In this document: positions 34,542-47,670 of the stretch, in pieces | Numbering within the stretch: position 1 is the first letter of the stretch | How the letters are laid out: each line of letters begins with the position of its first letter | NCBI GenBank assembly: GCA_026129685.1 | Contig: JAHCHO010000003.1 | Coordinates: 235,256 to 299,255 of the forward strand | Direction of reading: 5' to 3' | DNA length: 64,000 bases | Source: Fimbriimonadaceae bacterium | GTDB taxonomy: Bacteria > Armatimonadota > Fimbriimonadia > Fimbriimonadales > Fimbriimonadaceae | Translations under genes and position numbers: made by a program | The notes under the pieces: generated by a model | Databases searched by the model: none | Told to the model about the DNA's origin: nothing | What the model saw: only the letters and a program-made list of their open reading frames with translations

Positions 34542-36554
34542 TTAGTCGCCGCGAACGGGACGTCGCGTCACCGTATTGCTCGCCAGGGTGACCGCCCCCG
34601 TCTTCGTCAGCAGAGTGCCGTCCAGCCGCGCCCCGGTGTTCACCGTGATCGACACTTCGGCAAGGATGACGCCCTTGAACACCGAGTTGACTCCGAGCGT
34701 CGCCGACGTGCCCACCGACCAGTACACGTTCGTCGCCTTGGTTCCGCCGGCCAGCACCACCTGCGTGCCCGTGGACGTCGTCAGCGTGCTGCCCATCTGG
34801 AAGATGAACACCGCGTCCGAGTCGCCCTGCGCGTCGAGCGTCACGTTCCCCGCCGTCAGCATCACCGATGTCGAGTTCTTGTACAGCCCCGGCGTGAACG
34901 TCAGTCCGGAGAGGTTGCCGGGCAGCGTCGCCGCACCCAGCCGACTCGATGCCTCGAGCTGACCCGTGAGCAGGTCGCTCTTCGCCTTGGCCGCCACCGC
35001 GTTGCCGGCCTGGATGCTGCCGTTGACCCGTCCTGGAGGGAAGCCGACCACCGCCGAGCCGGGGCTAAGGCCCAGGTCGCCGTTGATCACCGTCGGTCCC
35101 GCGTTTGTGACCGTCGAGCCCGCCAAGACCGCGTAGGTCGAGGCCGCCCCGAGGTCGATCGTGCCCTGAGCGCGCTGGACGCCGGTCCGGAAAGTCCAGA
35201 CCTTCCGAACGGCCAGCGAGTTGCCCGTCGAGTCCTTCGCCCCGGTCCCGATGTTCGCCGTGTACAAGGTGTCCGGCGATAGGTCTCGCAAGGGCCTGAA
35301 GGTGGCGATCCGGTTGCTCGTGTCGTAGGTCACGGTGCCCGAAATCCCTTCGACGGTGAACGTCGAAGTGTTCAGGGTGTCGGCGCGCATCGGCTCGCTG
35401 AACGTCGCGTTGATGCTTCGGTTGAGGAACACGTTCGTCGCGCCGTCCGACGGATTCGTCGAGGTCACCGTCGGCGCCGTGCCGTCGACGATCCCCGCCG
35501 TCGTGAAGTTCCAGACCTTCGCGGCTTCGATCACGTTCCCGGAAGTGTCCTTGACTCCGGTCGACAGGATCGCCGTGTAGACGGTGTTGGCCGTGAGCGA
35601 GGCGTCCGGGTCGAGAACGGCCACCCGACTCGCGTAGGAGATCGTCGCCGGGATCGCGCCGCCGCCCGCCTTCTTGAGGGTGAACGTGGCCGAACTGATC
35701 GTCGCCGCGTCCATCTCCTCGCTGAACGTTGCCGTTATGTTTTTGTTGGTGGCGACGCCAACCGCACCCGCCGTCGGGTCGGTCGCCGTCACTCTCGGGA
35801 AAGTCGTGTCCGCGTTGGTGCCCGTCGTGAACGTCCAGACATGGTCGCTCGCTAGCGGGTTGTCCGATAGATCCTGGATTCCCGTCGTAAGGGTAGCGGT
35901 ATAGGTGGTGCTCGCCGACAGAGGACGGTTGGGGCTGAACGCCACAACGTTGTCGAGCACCGTCAGGTTGCCCGACTGGGCGCCCCCCGGACCGATCAGA
36001 CGAAACGTGGAGGCGTTGATCGAGGCGACGGCGACCGTCTCGCTAAAGTGAACCACCAGACTCTTGTTCGTCGCGACCCCCGTCGCCGCGCCGACCGGGT
36101 CCGTCGAGGTTACGGTGGGGGCGACCGTGTCGGGCGCGTCGCCCGTCTTGAACGTCCACGAGTAGTTCTGATGCATCGGCGTACCCGCGCGGTCGCGCAC
36201 CGCGGTCGTGATGGTGGCGGTGACCGAAGTTCGGACCGGGATCACCGAGTTCAGACTCAGCGTGGCCGTCCGGTCCACCACGCTCAAGGTTCCGGCGAGC
36301 GGCCCGCCCGGGCCCGTCGCCCGAAACGTGTCGCTCGTGAACGTCGCCGGGTCCATCGGCACGCTGAAGGTCGCCACGATCCGCTTGGCCGTGGGCGTGG
36401 AAAGGTCGCCGCTTCGGGGCGTCACCGAGGTGACGGACGGAGGCGTCGGGCGGGCGCCGGTGCCATCGTCGCCCCCTCCGTTGCCCCCGCATCCCGAGAT
36501 GAGCGCGCCGGACACGATGATCGCGAGCGCGCCAATAGTGATTCGTTTGTTCAT
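34542..36554 (-). CDS. surface lipoprotein: 4 tandem Ig-like (SbsA_Ig/Big_5-type) repeats + C-terminal ice-binding-like DUF3494 domain
   Basis: Lipobox 'GALISGC'. There are four units of about 100 aa, each starting 'P-x-VTS(T/V)(D/N/T)P' and ending 'W(T/N)F(K/T/R)T(G/A)'. The C-terminus 'AASTYAVLAGSTVTNAGPTVINGDLGLSPGSAVVGFPPG ... AVFIFQMGSTLTTSTGTQVVL ... NVYWSVGTSATLG' is a close pattern match to DUF3494 ice-binding proteins. Confidence 0.85.
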   Translation of the reverse strand: MNKRITIGALAIIVSGALISGCGGNGGGDDGTGARPTPPSVTSVTPRSGDLSTPTAKRIVATFSVPMDPATFTSDTFRATGPGGPLAGTLSVVDRTATLSLNSVIPVRTSVTATITTAVRDRAGTPMHQNYSWTFKTGDAPDTVAPTVTSTDPVGAATGVATNKSLVVHFSETVAVASINASTFRLIGPGGAQSGNLTVLDNVVAFSPNRPLSASTTYTATLTTGIQDLSDNPLASDHVWTFTTGTNADTTFPRVTATDPTAGAVGVATNKNITATFSEEMDAATISSATFTLKKAGGGAIPATISYASRVAVLDPDASLTANTVYTAILSTGVKDTSGNVIEAAKVWNFTTAGIVDGTAPTVTSTNPSDGATNVFLNRSINATFSEPMRADTLNTSTFTVEGISGTVTYDTSNRIATFRPLRDLSPDTLYTANIGTGAKDSTGNSLAVRKVWTFRTGVQRAQGTIDLGAASTYAVLAGSTVTNAGPTVINGDLGLSPGSAVVGFPPGRVNGSIQAGNAVAAKAKSDLLTGQLEASSRLGAATLPGNLSGLTFTPGLYKNSTSVMLTAGNVTLDAQGDSDAVFIFQMGSTLTTSTGTQVVLAGGTKATNVYWSVGTSATLGVNSVFKGVILAEVSITVNTGARLDGTLLTKTGAVTLASNTVTRRPVRGD

Positions 36555-36760
36555 GCCTGTCTCCGATCCTGCCGCCGAGGCGGCAAGGCGAAACCCGGGT
36601 TCCTCCTCGGATCGCCGAGATGGGGAACCGGACCCGCTAGATCCGTAGAGTCAGTATGAGTACCGCCGCACCGGCCTGCAAAGTCCGGTTATTGCTGTCG
36701 TCGTTTCCAATGACGCGAATCCTAAGACAGAACGCGCCTATGTCGAATCATTGGCTTCAC

Positions 36761-40518
<3,758 letters not shown>

Positions 40519-40884
40519 TCACTCCAGCCTGGAGAGACCGATCGCGTAGGCAAGAGCGACGTCCATCCGGGCGATCTCGGCCCTATCGAGTCTGCCAAGC
40601 CTTCCGCCGACCCTCCGCACCGAGACCGTCCGGACTTGGTTCAGCATCACTTTCGACGGTTGGCTCAAACCCGTTTCGGCCGAATCTAGCAGCGTCTCGA
40701 ACGGATACACCCTTTCCAGCTTGCGGATCGTTATCGCGGCCACCGTGATTACCGGGCTGAGGGCATTGTAGATCGTCGGACTCAGGACGACGGCAGGCCT
40801 TCGACCGCCTTGTTCGGAGCCGACGACCGGGTCGAAGTCCACCCATACAACGTCTCCTCGAGCCCATTTCGGCTCAGGACGCAC
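40519..40884 (-). CDS. mazF: type II toxin, PemK/MazF family endoribonuclease
   Basis: 'RGDVVWVDFDPVVGSEQGGRRPAVVLS' and 'VITVAAITIRKLERVYPFE'. Confidence 0.88.
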   Translation of the reverse strand: MRPEPKWARGDVVWVDFDPVVGSEQGGRRPAVVLSPTIYNALSPVITVAAITIRKLERVYPFETLLDSAETGLSQPSKVMLNQVRTVSVRRVGGRLGRLDRAEIARMDVALAYAIGLSRLE

Positions 40885-41161
40885 GCGTCCACACCTCGTC
40901 TTCGATTGGATTCCAGGCCTCGGATTCCTCCGTCCAGATCTCGGCCATGTCCTCGCACATGGCGACGATGTCCGCGCGAAGCTTGGCGAGCCGGTCTTCT
41001 TCGAGTTTGCGCGCGATCAGTTCCTCGAGCACCCGACTCCGATCACCGGACGGAACCGCCGACTCGAACTCCTGGACCAGCGATCCCGACAGCGCGTAGG
41101 TCCGTTTGGTTTTTCGCGCAATCGCCATACGATAATTATGGCGAATAGGCACGATGGCCAA
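40874..41161 (-). CDS. cognate antitoxin (RHH/MazE-like); start at 41161 or the internal ATG at 41128
   Basis: Small acidic ORF overlapping mazF by 11 nt. 'KRTYALSGSLVQEFESAV' is a beta-strand/helix N-terminus typical of ribbon-helix-helix antitoxins. Confidence 0.6.
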   Translation of the reverse strand: MAIVPIRHNYRMAIARKTKRTYALSGSLVQEFESAVPSGDRSRVLEELIARKLEEDRLAKLRADIVAMCEDMAEIWTEESEAWNPIEDEVWTRAS

Positions 41162-41265
41162 GAGCGGTCCCTAAAGGAGCGCACATCTTGACGTCAATAC
41201 GGAAGTCTGGCGCGTCCCGACATTTGATCCAGCGAACCGTCGTTGCGCTGGGGTTTGCTACCCTA

Positions 41266-41360
41266 TGGCGGGAATGTGTGGGAATCGAACCCACCAGACG
41301 CCCGAAGACGTCTCTCACGGTTTTGAAGACCGGGCGGGACACCAGCCCCGATCCACTCCC
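41266..41360 (-). tRNA. selC: tRNA-Sec (anticodon UCA), CCA encoded
   Basis: Minus-strand 95-mer GGGAGTGGATCGGGGCTGGTGTCCCGCCCGGTCTTCAAAACCGTGAGAGACGTCTTCGGGCGTCTGGTGGGTTCGATTCCCACACATTCCCGCCA. The 8-position acceptor has 7 pairs plus G-A. The D-stem is 6 bp (CGGGGC/GTCCCG) with a 4-nt loop. The anticodon loop is CUUCAAA. The variable arm is 7 bp with a TTCG loop. The T-stem is 5 bp with loop TTCGATT. The discriminator is G. Confidence 0.85.
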
Positions 41361-41374
41361 GAACGCATTATGCG

Positions 41375-42628
41375 TCAACCCCGCGAGGCGAGCACGTTCC
41401 GCTCGTATGACCGGACCTCTTCCAGCCAGTCTGCCCCGACGGGAACGTCCTCCCTTCGGCAGAACTCGTCCCAGACCGCACCGAACGGGAGCGTCTTCGT
41501 CTCTTCGAGCAGCGCCAGCCGCGCGGTATGGTCGCCGGCCTCTTCCGCCGAGCGCAGCCGCCCGATGGGTTCGAGAAGCGCCGCGAGGAGGCACTTCTGC
41601 GCGTTGCGCGTCCCGATGACCCACGCGGCGATGCGGTTGATGCTGGCGTCGAAGAAGTCGAGTCCGATCGCCGTCCGACCCAGGAACTCTCCTCGTACGA
41701 CCTCCTCGAGCAGCGCCCGCGTGGCGTCGTCGAAGAGCACCACGTGGTCCGAGTCCCACCGAACGCCCCGGCTCACGTGGAGGAGCACCCCCGGCACGTA
41801 CCGTTGCACCGCCGAGATTTTGTCCGCCACCGACTCGGTCGGATGGAAGTGCCCGGCGTCGAGGCACAGCCACTTGCCCCGGCTGGCGGCGTAGCCCAGG
41901 TAGAACTCGTGCGACCCAACGGTGTACGACTCGGCTCCGATCCCGAAGAGCTTGCTTTCCACCGCGTCCGCGTTCCACTCGGGGCTGACGGGTTCGGCGA
42001 AGATGGCGTCGAGCGAGGCCTCGAGTCGGTCCCGGGGTGCCTTGCGGTCGACCGGCGTGTCCTTGTAGGCGTCCGGAATCCAGACGTTCGTCACGGTTCG
42101 CTTGCCGAGCCGTCGGCCCGCCTCGGCGGCGATCCTCCGACACGCGATCCCGTGGCGAACCCAGAAGCCTCGAACCGCCGGGTCGCGATGGCTCAACGTA
42201 AACCCGTCGTCCGCGAGCGGATGGGAGAAGAAGGTGGGGTTGAAGTCGAAGCCGAGGCCCCGCTCTTGGCACCACCGCACCCAAGAGTCGAAGTGCTCGA
42301 AGCCCAACTCGTCTCGCTCCACCGTCTTCCCGCCCGTATCCGCGTAGCTCGCGTGCAGGTTCAGACGGTGCCGGCCCGGGATGAGCGAGAGGGCCTTCTC
42401 CATGTCGGCGCGCAGTTCGGCGATGGTCCTGGCCTTGCCGGGGTAGTTGCCCGTCGCCTGAAGCCCGCCACCAAGCGTCGGGTCCGGTCGGTCGAAACCG
42501 CCGACGTCGTCTCCCTGCCAGCAGTGAATCGAGATCGGGGTCGCCGCCAAGGTCGCCAGCGCCGACTCGGCGTCCACCCCCCACTCAGCGTATTGCGATG
42601 CGGCAAGATCGAATGCGTTCGAACCCAC
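41375..42628 (-). CDS. rhaA: L-rhamnose isomerase
   Basis: 417 aa. '[14 protein letters not shown]', 'LNLHASYA' and 'WIPDAYKD' track E. coli RhaA along its whole length (recalled, not aligned). Confidence 0.9.
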   Translation of the reverse strand: MGSNAFDLAASQYAEWGVDAESALATLAATPISIHCWQGDDVGGFDRPDPTLGGGLQATGNYPGKARTIAELRADMEKALSLIPGRHRLNLHASYADTGGKTVERDELGFEHFDSWVRWCQERGLGFDFNPTFFSHPLADDGFTLSHRDPAVRGFWVRHGIACRRIAAEAGRRLGKRTVTNVWIPDAYKDTPVDRKAPRDRLEASLDAIFAEPVSPEWNADAVESKLFGIGAESYTVGSHEFYLGYAASRGKWLCLDAGHFHPTESVADKISAVQRYVPGVLLHVSRGVRWDSDHVVLFDDATRALLEEVVRGEFLGRTAIGLDFFDASINRIAAWVIGTRNAQKCLLAALLEPIGRLRSAEEAGDHTARLALLEETKTLPFGAVWDEFCRREDVPVGADWLEEVRSYERNVLASRG

Positions 42629-42711
42629 GCGACTTCGATTCGCCGTCGGGCGAGACGAACCTTCCGGATTGCCGCCTTACCGCGCCTACCTTGGGTGCGC
42701 GGCGTCCCGTG

Positions 42712-43902
42712 TCAGCGCTGGGCTTGCGCTAGGATCGGGTCGAGCGCGTCCGCCATTCGGTGCATGTCTTCGGTCGACAGCGTCGGATGGGTCAACACCG
42801 TGAGCGCCTCGCCCCAGATTCTTCGCGCGACCGGAAGCGGTTCGGCGGGCGTCAGGCCGGCCGAACGCAACGCCCCTTCCCGGTAGATCTCGCCGCACGA
42901 ACCCGAGAAGATCGGCACTCCCCGGGCCTCCGCCTCCACCAGGATTCGGTCCCGATCCCACCCGTCCCGCAACGCCTCGTTCCGCACGTAGAAGTAGTAC
43001 CGGTAGGCCGCGTGCTCGACATGCTTCGGAGGCACCGGAACCCTCAGGCACGACCAACGCGATAGGCGCTCGATCAGCACCGAGGCGTTCGCCCATCGCT
43101 GGGTTCGCCACGCGGGCATGCGCCGCAACTGAATCCTCCCCAACTCGCTCTGCATTTCCGTGAGGCGCCAGTTCGTTCCGACGCTCTCGTGCAGCCATCG
43201 GTACCCCGGCGGGTGCTTCGCGTGGTACATCCGGTCGTAGTCCTTGCCATGGTCCTTGAACGACCACATTCGCCGCCACGCCTCCTCGTCGTCGGTCGTG
43301 ACCATGCCGCCCTCCCCGCCGGTCGTCATGATCTTGTCCTGACAGAACGACCAGGCGTTCGCCTGGCCGAACGTCCCCACCGATCGGCCGCGATAGGTCG
43401 CCCCGTGCGCTTGGGCGCAGTCCTCGATCACCTTGAGGCCCTCGGCTCCGGCGAGATCGAGGATGGCGTCCATCTCGCACGGCCAACCGCCGATGTGGAC
43501 GGGCAGGAGCGCCTTGGTCTTCGGCGTGATCGCCGCCGCAAGGGTCTCGGCGGTTACGTTGCCGGAATCGGGGTCCACGTCCGCAAAGACGGGCCGAACG
43601 CCTTGGAGCCAGCAACTCGTCGCGGTCGCCAAGAAGGTGCGCGGGCTGGTGACGATCTCGTCCCCCGGTTGTATTCCGAGGCCGATCAAGCACAGTTCGA
43701 TGGCGACGCTACCGTTGGCGAGGGCGATCGCCCGCTTCGACCCCGCCCACTCGGCGAACTCTCGCTCGAACGCCTTGCCGCGCTCGCCGGTGTGGTAGTT
43801 CACCCTTCCTGTGCGCAACACCTCCGCCACCGCCGCCACCTGCTCATCGTCGAAATCGGGCCATGGAGCGAAGCGCAACTTTTCGGGGGAGGCATGAATC
43901 AC
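42712..43902 (-). CDS. DegT/DnrJ/EryC1/StrS family sugar aminotransferase
   Basis: 'FEREFAEWAGSKRAIALANGSVAIELCL' and 'GDEIVTSPRTFLATA' match the family pattern. 396 aa. Confidence 0.9.
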   Translation of the reverse strand: MIHASPEKLRFAPWPDFDDEQVAAVAEVLRTGRVNYHTGERGKAFEREFAEWAGSKRAIALANGSVAIELCLIGLGIQPGDEIVTSPRTFLATATSCWLQGVRPVFADVDPDSGNVTAETLAAAITPKTKALLPVHIGGWPCEMDAILDLAGAEGLKVIEDCAQAHGATYRGRSVGTFGQANAWSFCQDKIMTTGGEGGMVTTDDEEAWRRMWSFKDHGKDYDRMYHAKHPPGYRWLHESVGTNWRLTEMQSELGRIQLRRMPAWRTQRWANASVLIERLSRWSCLRVPVPPKHVEHAAYRYYFYVRNEALRDGWDRDRILVEAEARGVPIFSGSCGEIYREGALRSAGLTPAEPLPVARRIWGEALTVLTHPTLSTEDMHRMADALDPILAQAQR

Positions 43903-44010
43903 GCGCCCTAGGATACTTGACGAGACGCTCCCGCTTCGCCCAGGACGTCTCGGAACGCGCGCGAGGCGGCGCGAACCCGCGCCGCCTTGCCTGTCCTCAA
44001 GAGACGGTCC

Positions 44011-44793
44011 TTAGCGGGATCGCTTGCGCCGTCGCGACGCCAGCAGAGCGCCGAACCCCGCCACCAAGCCGATCAGGCTCGCCGGCTCGGGTACGACCGC
44101 CCCGTTGATGCCGATCGCCCACTTGGTCCCGACCGCTGCGCCCAGCGCGTCCGGCAAGGTTCGCCAGTTGGCGGTGATCCCAAATCCCTCGCCCGCGTTT
44201 CGAATCCAGTCCTCCTGGGCCTCGAGCGTGCCGGCGGACGCGGTGAACGCCTGTCCGAACGTGCCGTTGTCCGCCATTCCGGTCAGCGAGAACACGTAAT
44301 CGCCGGCGGCAAGGCCCTGCAACTGCGGGATCGCGGTCGTGTCGGCCATCATCCGGAACTTCTGATTGCCGTCTATGCCTTGGTCGAGCACCACGCTCAC
44401 GAGGCCCGAGTACACCACGGGTGCGCCTGTGTTCGTCGCCAGGGCGGGGTCAACGCTTGCGCTCGGCGACCCGAACTCCTGACGACTCACGTTGAGCACC
44501 GCCGTATTCACATTGCCGTACCACGTGTTGGGCGAACCACCCGCGATCAGGTAAATCTGGACGTTCGACACGTCCCACACCGCCGTGGTCGTCACCATCG
44601 AACCCATGCCGGTCGAAAATGTCGGGAAGTCACCAAAAACCTGGTTGACGTAACCGAGAGTCGCTTGCTCCTGCCTCAGGAACAGGTTGCCTTCGAGAAC
44701 TTGCGCGTCGGCGACGGTCGAAACCGTCATGGATGCGCCGACCAAGCCGATGGCCAGGTACAGACCGGCCCCGACAGGATGTCGTGCGAACAT
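44011..44793 (-). CDS. secreted PEP-CTERM sorting-domain protein
   Basis: The ATG at 44793 gives the signal peptide 'MFARHPVGAGLYLAIGLVGASMTVSTVADA'. C-terminus 'VPEPASLIGLVAGFGALLASRRRKRSR'. Confidence 0.8.
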   Translation of the reverse strand: MFARHPVGAGLYLAIGLVGASMTVSTVADAQVLEGNLFLRQEQATLGYVNQVFGDFPTFSTGMGSMVTTTAVWDVSNVQIYLIAGGSPNTWYGNVNTAVLNVSRQEFGSPSASVDPALATNTGAPVVYSGLVSVVLDQGIDGNQKFRMMADTTAIPQLQGLAAGDYVFSLTGMADNGTFGQAFTASAGTLEAQEDWIRNAGEGFGITANWRTLPDALGAAVGTKWAIGINGAVVPEPASLIGLVAGFGALLASRRRKRSR

Positions 44794-45029
44794 TGCTATC
44801 ACTCCTGCGGGCTGACCGAGCGCTTTTTGACCCCGATTGGTCGCGCTTCTCGTATCGCTGAACCCGCATTTACATCCTAAGGCTCGTAGGCGAGGCAACG
44901 GGACCTTCTACCCACATGGATTGCATTCCTGACGCCGAAGTAGGTACTGGCTAACTGGTCGAACAAGACGAGGGAGGGCGGACACGACCCCTGTCCAACA
45001 CCCGGGCCAGTGGGTTCCCAAGACCTCGC

Positions 45030-46316
45030 CTACCCGCTTACCGGAACGGTCAGCGCGTGTTGGGGCGTTCGGATGGTCCGGCGAGACAGGATCGGCAACG
45101 TCAGCAAAGAGACCGCCATCATGTTCCCCCGCGTGTCGCCATACGAGCCCGAGACCGATGCGGCGACCGCGAACGAGACCAGGATAGCCGTCAGGTAGGT
45201 CGATTCGACCGAGAACAGCGCGGCGAGAGAGAGCCCGCGCAAGAGCAGAATCAGGATCGCCCCCGCCAAAGTCACCGCGATCAGGCCCCCCTCGTACAGC
45301 AGTTCCATCCAGATGTTGTGGGGGTGATCGTTGACCTGGCCGCTCAGACTGAGCTGAGCGCCGTACGCTCCTATCCCGTGGCCCTCCATTGGGTGGCGAT
45401 CCCAGTGCGCCATGACCTGACCCCAGTGGCGCACCCGCTCGTTGGCCGACACGTTGGCCCGACCCTCCGCCCCTGAGAGCAACGTTTGCAGTCGTTCCAC
45501 CGCGCGGAAGTCGACGCTGTCCATCCGTTGGGCCAGCAGAGGCGACAGAATCACGATACCGATCAGCGCCTGAATCCAAGCCGGACTCAGGCTCAACCGT
45601 CCGAAACGAAGTCGAGGACGATGCACCGCCACCAAGATCGCAAGTCCGAGCAAACCGCCGATCAGGCTCTGACGGCTGTTGTTCAGCGCCAAGGCGACCA
45701 ACGTCGCACCGAAAGGAGCGAGATACACGAACGAAGGCATTCCGATCAGTCGTTCGCCTCGAAAAAACCGGTGCGCGCAGACCAGAGTCGCGAACGCAAG
45801 AACGGACCCGAGCGTCAGGTAGCTGCCCGCCTGCTGAAGGTAGGCGGTCTTGAGCGCGTAGCTGGCGCCGAGCGATGCGCCCTTGATCACGACGAACACC
45901 GCGTAAAGCCCGAACAGGGCCATCACGTTCGAGAAGCGTCGAATCGCAAGCGGGTCGGTCGAGAAGAGCAACACGCCGACGACGAAGGACGCCCAGACCA
46001 GCACCGTCCCCACCATCTTCGCGGTGTTTGGGAGGGGCGCCCAGATCGTCGACAGGAGGAGGTAGGCCGTGAGCAGGCCCGAGACGCCGATCGCTTCCAG
46101 CCCTGGCATGGACACCTTCACGGCGCCGCGCGCGACGCGAACCGAGAACCCGACCAGGAGAACCGCCGCTCCCACGACCGTCAGGTCGATCGGGATCGAT
46201 GAGAACAGTGGTTGCCGCTTGAGCGTCGCCGCGAACAGGAAGAGCGCATAGAACCCCTCTAGGGACCAGATGGTCTCCCAGACCTTCCTCGCCACCCGAC
46301 CCGCCCAGCTCAACAC
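45030..46316 (-). CDS. O-antigen ligase/polymerase family membrane protein (Wzy_C domain)
   Basis: Polytopic 428-aa protein with the signature 'HPHNIWMELLYEGGLIAV'. Confidence 0.75.
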   Translation of the reverse strand: MLSWAGRVARKVWETIWSLEGFYALFLFAATLKRQPLFSSIPIDLTVVGAAVLLVGFSVRVARGAVKVSMPGLEAIGVSGLLTAYLLLSTIWAPLPNTAKMVGTVLVWASFVVGVLLFSTDPLAIRRFSNVMALFGLYAVFVVIKGASLGASYALKTAYLQQAGSYLTLGSVLAFATLVCAHRFFRGERLIGMPSFVYLAPFGATLVALALNNSRQSLIGGLLGLAILVAVHRPRLRFGRLSLSPAWIQALIGIVILSPLLAQRMDSVDFRAVERLQTLLSGAEGRANVSANERVRHWGQVMAHWDRHPMEGHGIGAYGAQLSLSGQVNDHPHNIWMELLYEGGLIAVTLAGAILILLLRGLSLAALFSVESTYLTAILVSFAVAASVSGSYGDTRGNMMAVSLLTLPILSRRTIRTPQHALTVPVSG

Positions 46317-46326
46317 GTCGCTGTAC

Positions 46327-47577
46327 CTAGGCTCGCCCGGGGCGACTCCGAAGAACGATCGCGAACGCGGCGAGCAGGCCCAGGACCAGCGCGGCCAAAC
46401 CGGCCGTCCTCACGTAGCGCTTGTTCGTGGGGCGATCGAACAGATAGGGGTCGTCGAGCACCGACCAACGAACGCGATCCACTTCCGCCCGAACCTTCGC
46501 CTTCTCGTACTGAAGCCGAAGCTCCTGTAGCACCGCGCCCAGGGTTTCGACCTCGCGCGCCCTCCGCGTGAGTTCGATCGCCTCTTCCGGCGCGTTCTTG
46601 TACGTCTCCTCGATCTGCGCGATCTGCCACTCCAAGACGACGATCTGGGCTTGGAACGAGGCCACCCCCGCGTCGATGCCCTCCCGCACGCTCATCAGGT
46701 AATCCTGCACCTCGCGCTGAAGTCGGCTCTTGGTCTCCGCCACCTCCTTCTTGAGCCGAACCACCTCCGGGTCGAGCGGCCCTTTCGAGATCTCGAGCAC
46801 CCGCAGTTGGTGTTCGGTTTCCCCAAGCTTCTGACGCCAGACCTGCGCGGTCGGGACGGCATTCGGAAGCTCGGCCTGGTCGGCGGTGATGTTGGCCCGC
46901 TGCTGGGCTTGTGCGAGCTGCCGCTTCGCCGTCCCCAACTGCATCTCCAAATCTTTCTTTTGACGGAAGTAGAGCGCGACCGAGGACAGATCGTTGGCGG
47001 CGATCGGCGCCTTCATCGTCCGTTGGTACTCGGCCAACGCGGCTTCGGCCCGGGCCAGTTCCCCGTCCTTCTGCTTGATCGCCGCCTCGATGTTGTTGGC
47101 CTCCTGGCGCGCCGACGTGAACGCCACCTTCTTCTGGAGGTCCGACAGCGTGTTCCGCGCCGACTCGATCACCTTCAACGCGAGCTTGGAGTCCCGGTCT
47201 TCCCAAGAGATCGCCACTTGCGCGCGCGGCCCATCGGTCTCCAGAATCAGGCCTTCCTCCAGGTCCTTCTTTTCGATGCCGGTCGCCTTGGAGATCTCGG
47301 ATAGGCTCGAGTTGCTGAGCACGACCCCCTTCAAGATCAGTTGGGGATCGGGCGCACCGGGCAGGATCGATGCCGCCGACAGAGCGGCGGTGGCGTCGTT
47401 CTCCGTGATCGTCAACAACGACATCTGGGCGCGATAGATCGGAGGCGACAGCAACACGAACAACGCGCCCCCTCCTCCGCCCACGACGACGGCCAGTAAG
47501 AGCGCCCTCCAACTCCGGCCCAGGACGGCCAAGGTGGAGCGCAGGTCGATCTCGGTTTCGCGGGTCGGGGTGGTCAC
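46327..47577 (-). CDS. polysaccharide chain-length determinant / GumC-Wzz (PCP) family protein
   Basis: N-terminal TM 'ALLLAVVVGGGGGALFVLL' followed by 'PIYRAQMSL', a long coiled-coil periplasmic region, and a C-terminal TM 'AALVLGLLAAFAIVL'. Confidence 0.75.
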   Translation of the reverse strand: MTTPTRETEIDLRSTLAVLGRSWRALLLAVVVGGGGGALFVLLSPPIYRAQMSLLTITENDATAALSAASILPGAPDPQLILKGVVLSNSSLSEISKATGIEKKDLEEGLILETDGPRAQVAISWEDRDSKLALKVIESARNTLSDLQKKVAFTSARQEANNIEAAIKQKDGELARAEAALAEYQRTMKAPIAANDLSSVALYFRQKKDLEMQLGTAKRQLAQAQQRANITADQAELPNAVPTAQVWRQKLGETEHQLRVLEISKGPLDPEVVRLKKEVAETKSRLQREVQDYLMSVREGIDAGVASFQAQIVVLEWQIAQIEETYKNAPEEAIELTRRAREVETLGAVLQELRLQYEKAKVRAEVDRVRWSVLDDPYLFDRPTNKRYVRTAGLAALVLGLLAAFAIVLRSRPGRA

Positions 47578-47670
47578 GGCGGGTTCCAGGCAATAGTAGC
47601 ATACGGCCCCGGACGCCGACCCCCTCTGGCTCGACCGAGACCAATCGGTCGAGCTCGGCGGGCCGGGACG

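Noticed and set aside
41361-41395. Possible dedicated promoter for tRNA-Sec (CATAAT on the minus strand at 41367-41372, 6 nt upstream of the tRNA 5' end)
   Set aside because: No acceptable -35 lies 16-18 nt upstream (GTGCTC), and the region overlaps the end of rhaA. Co-transcription with rhaA and processing is equally likely, so it is not listed as a feature.
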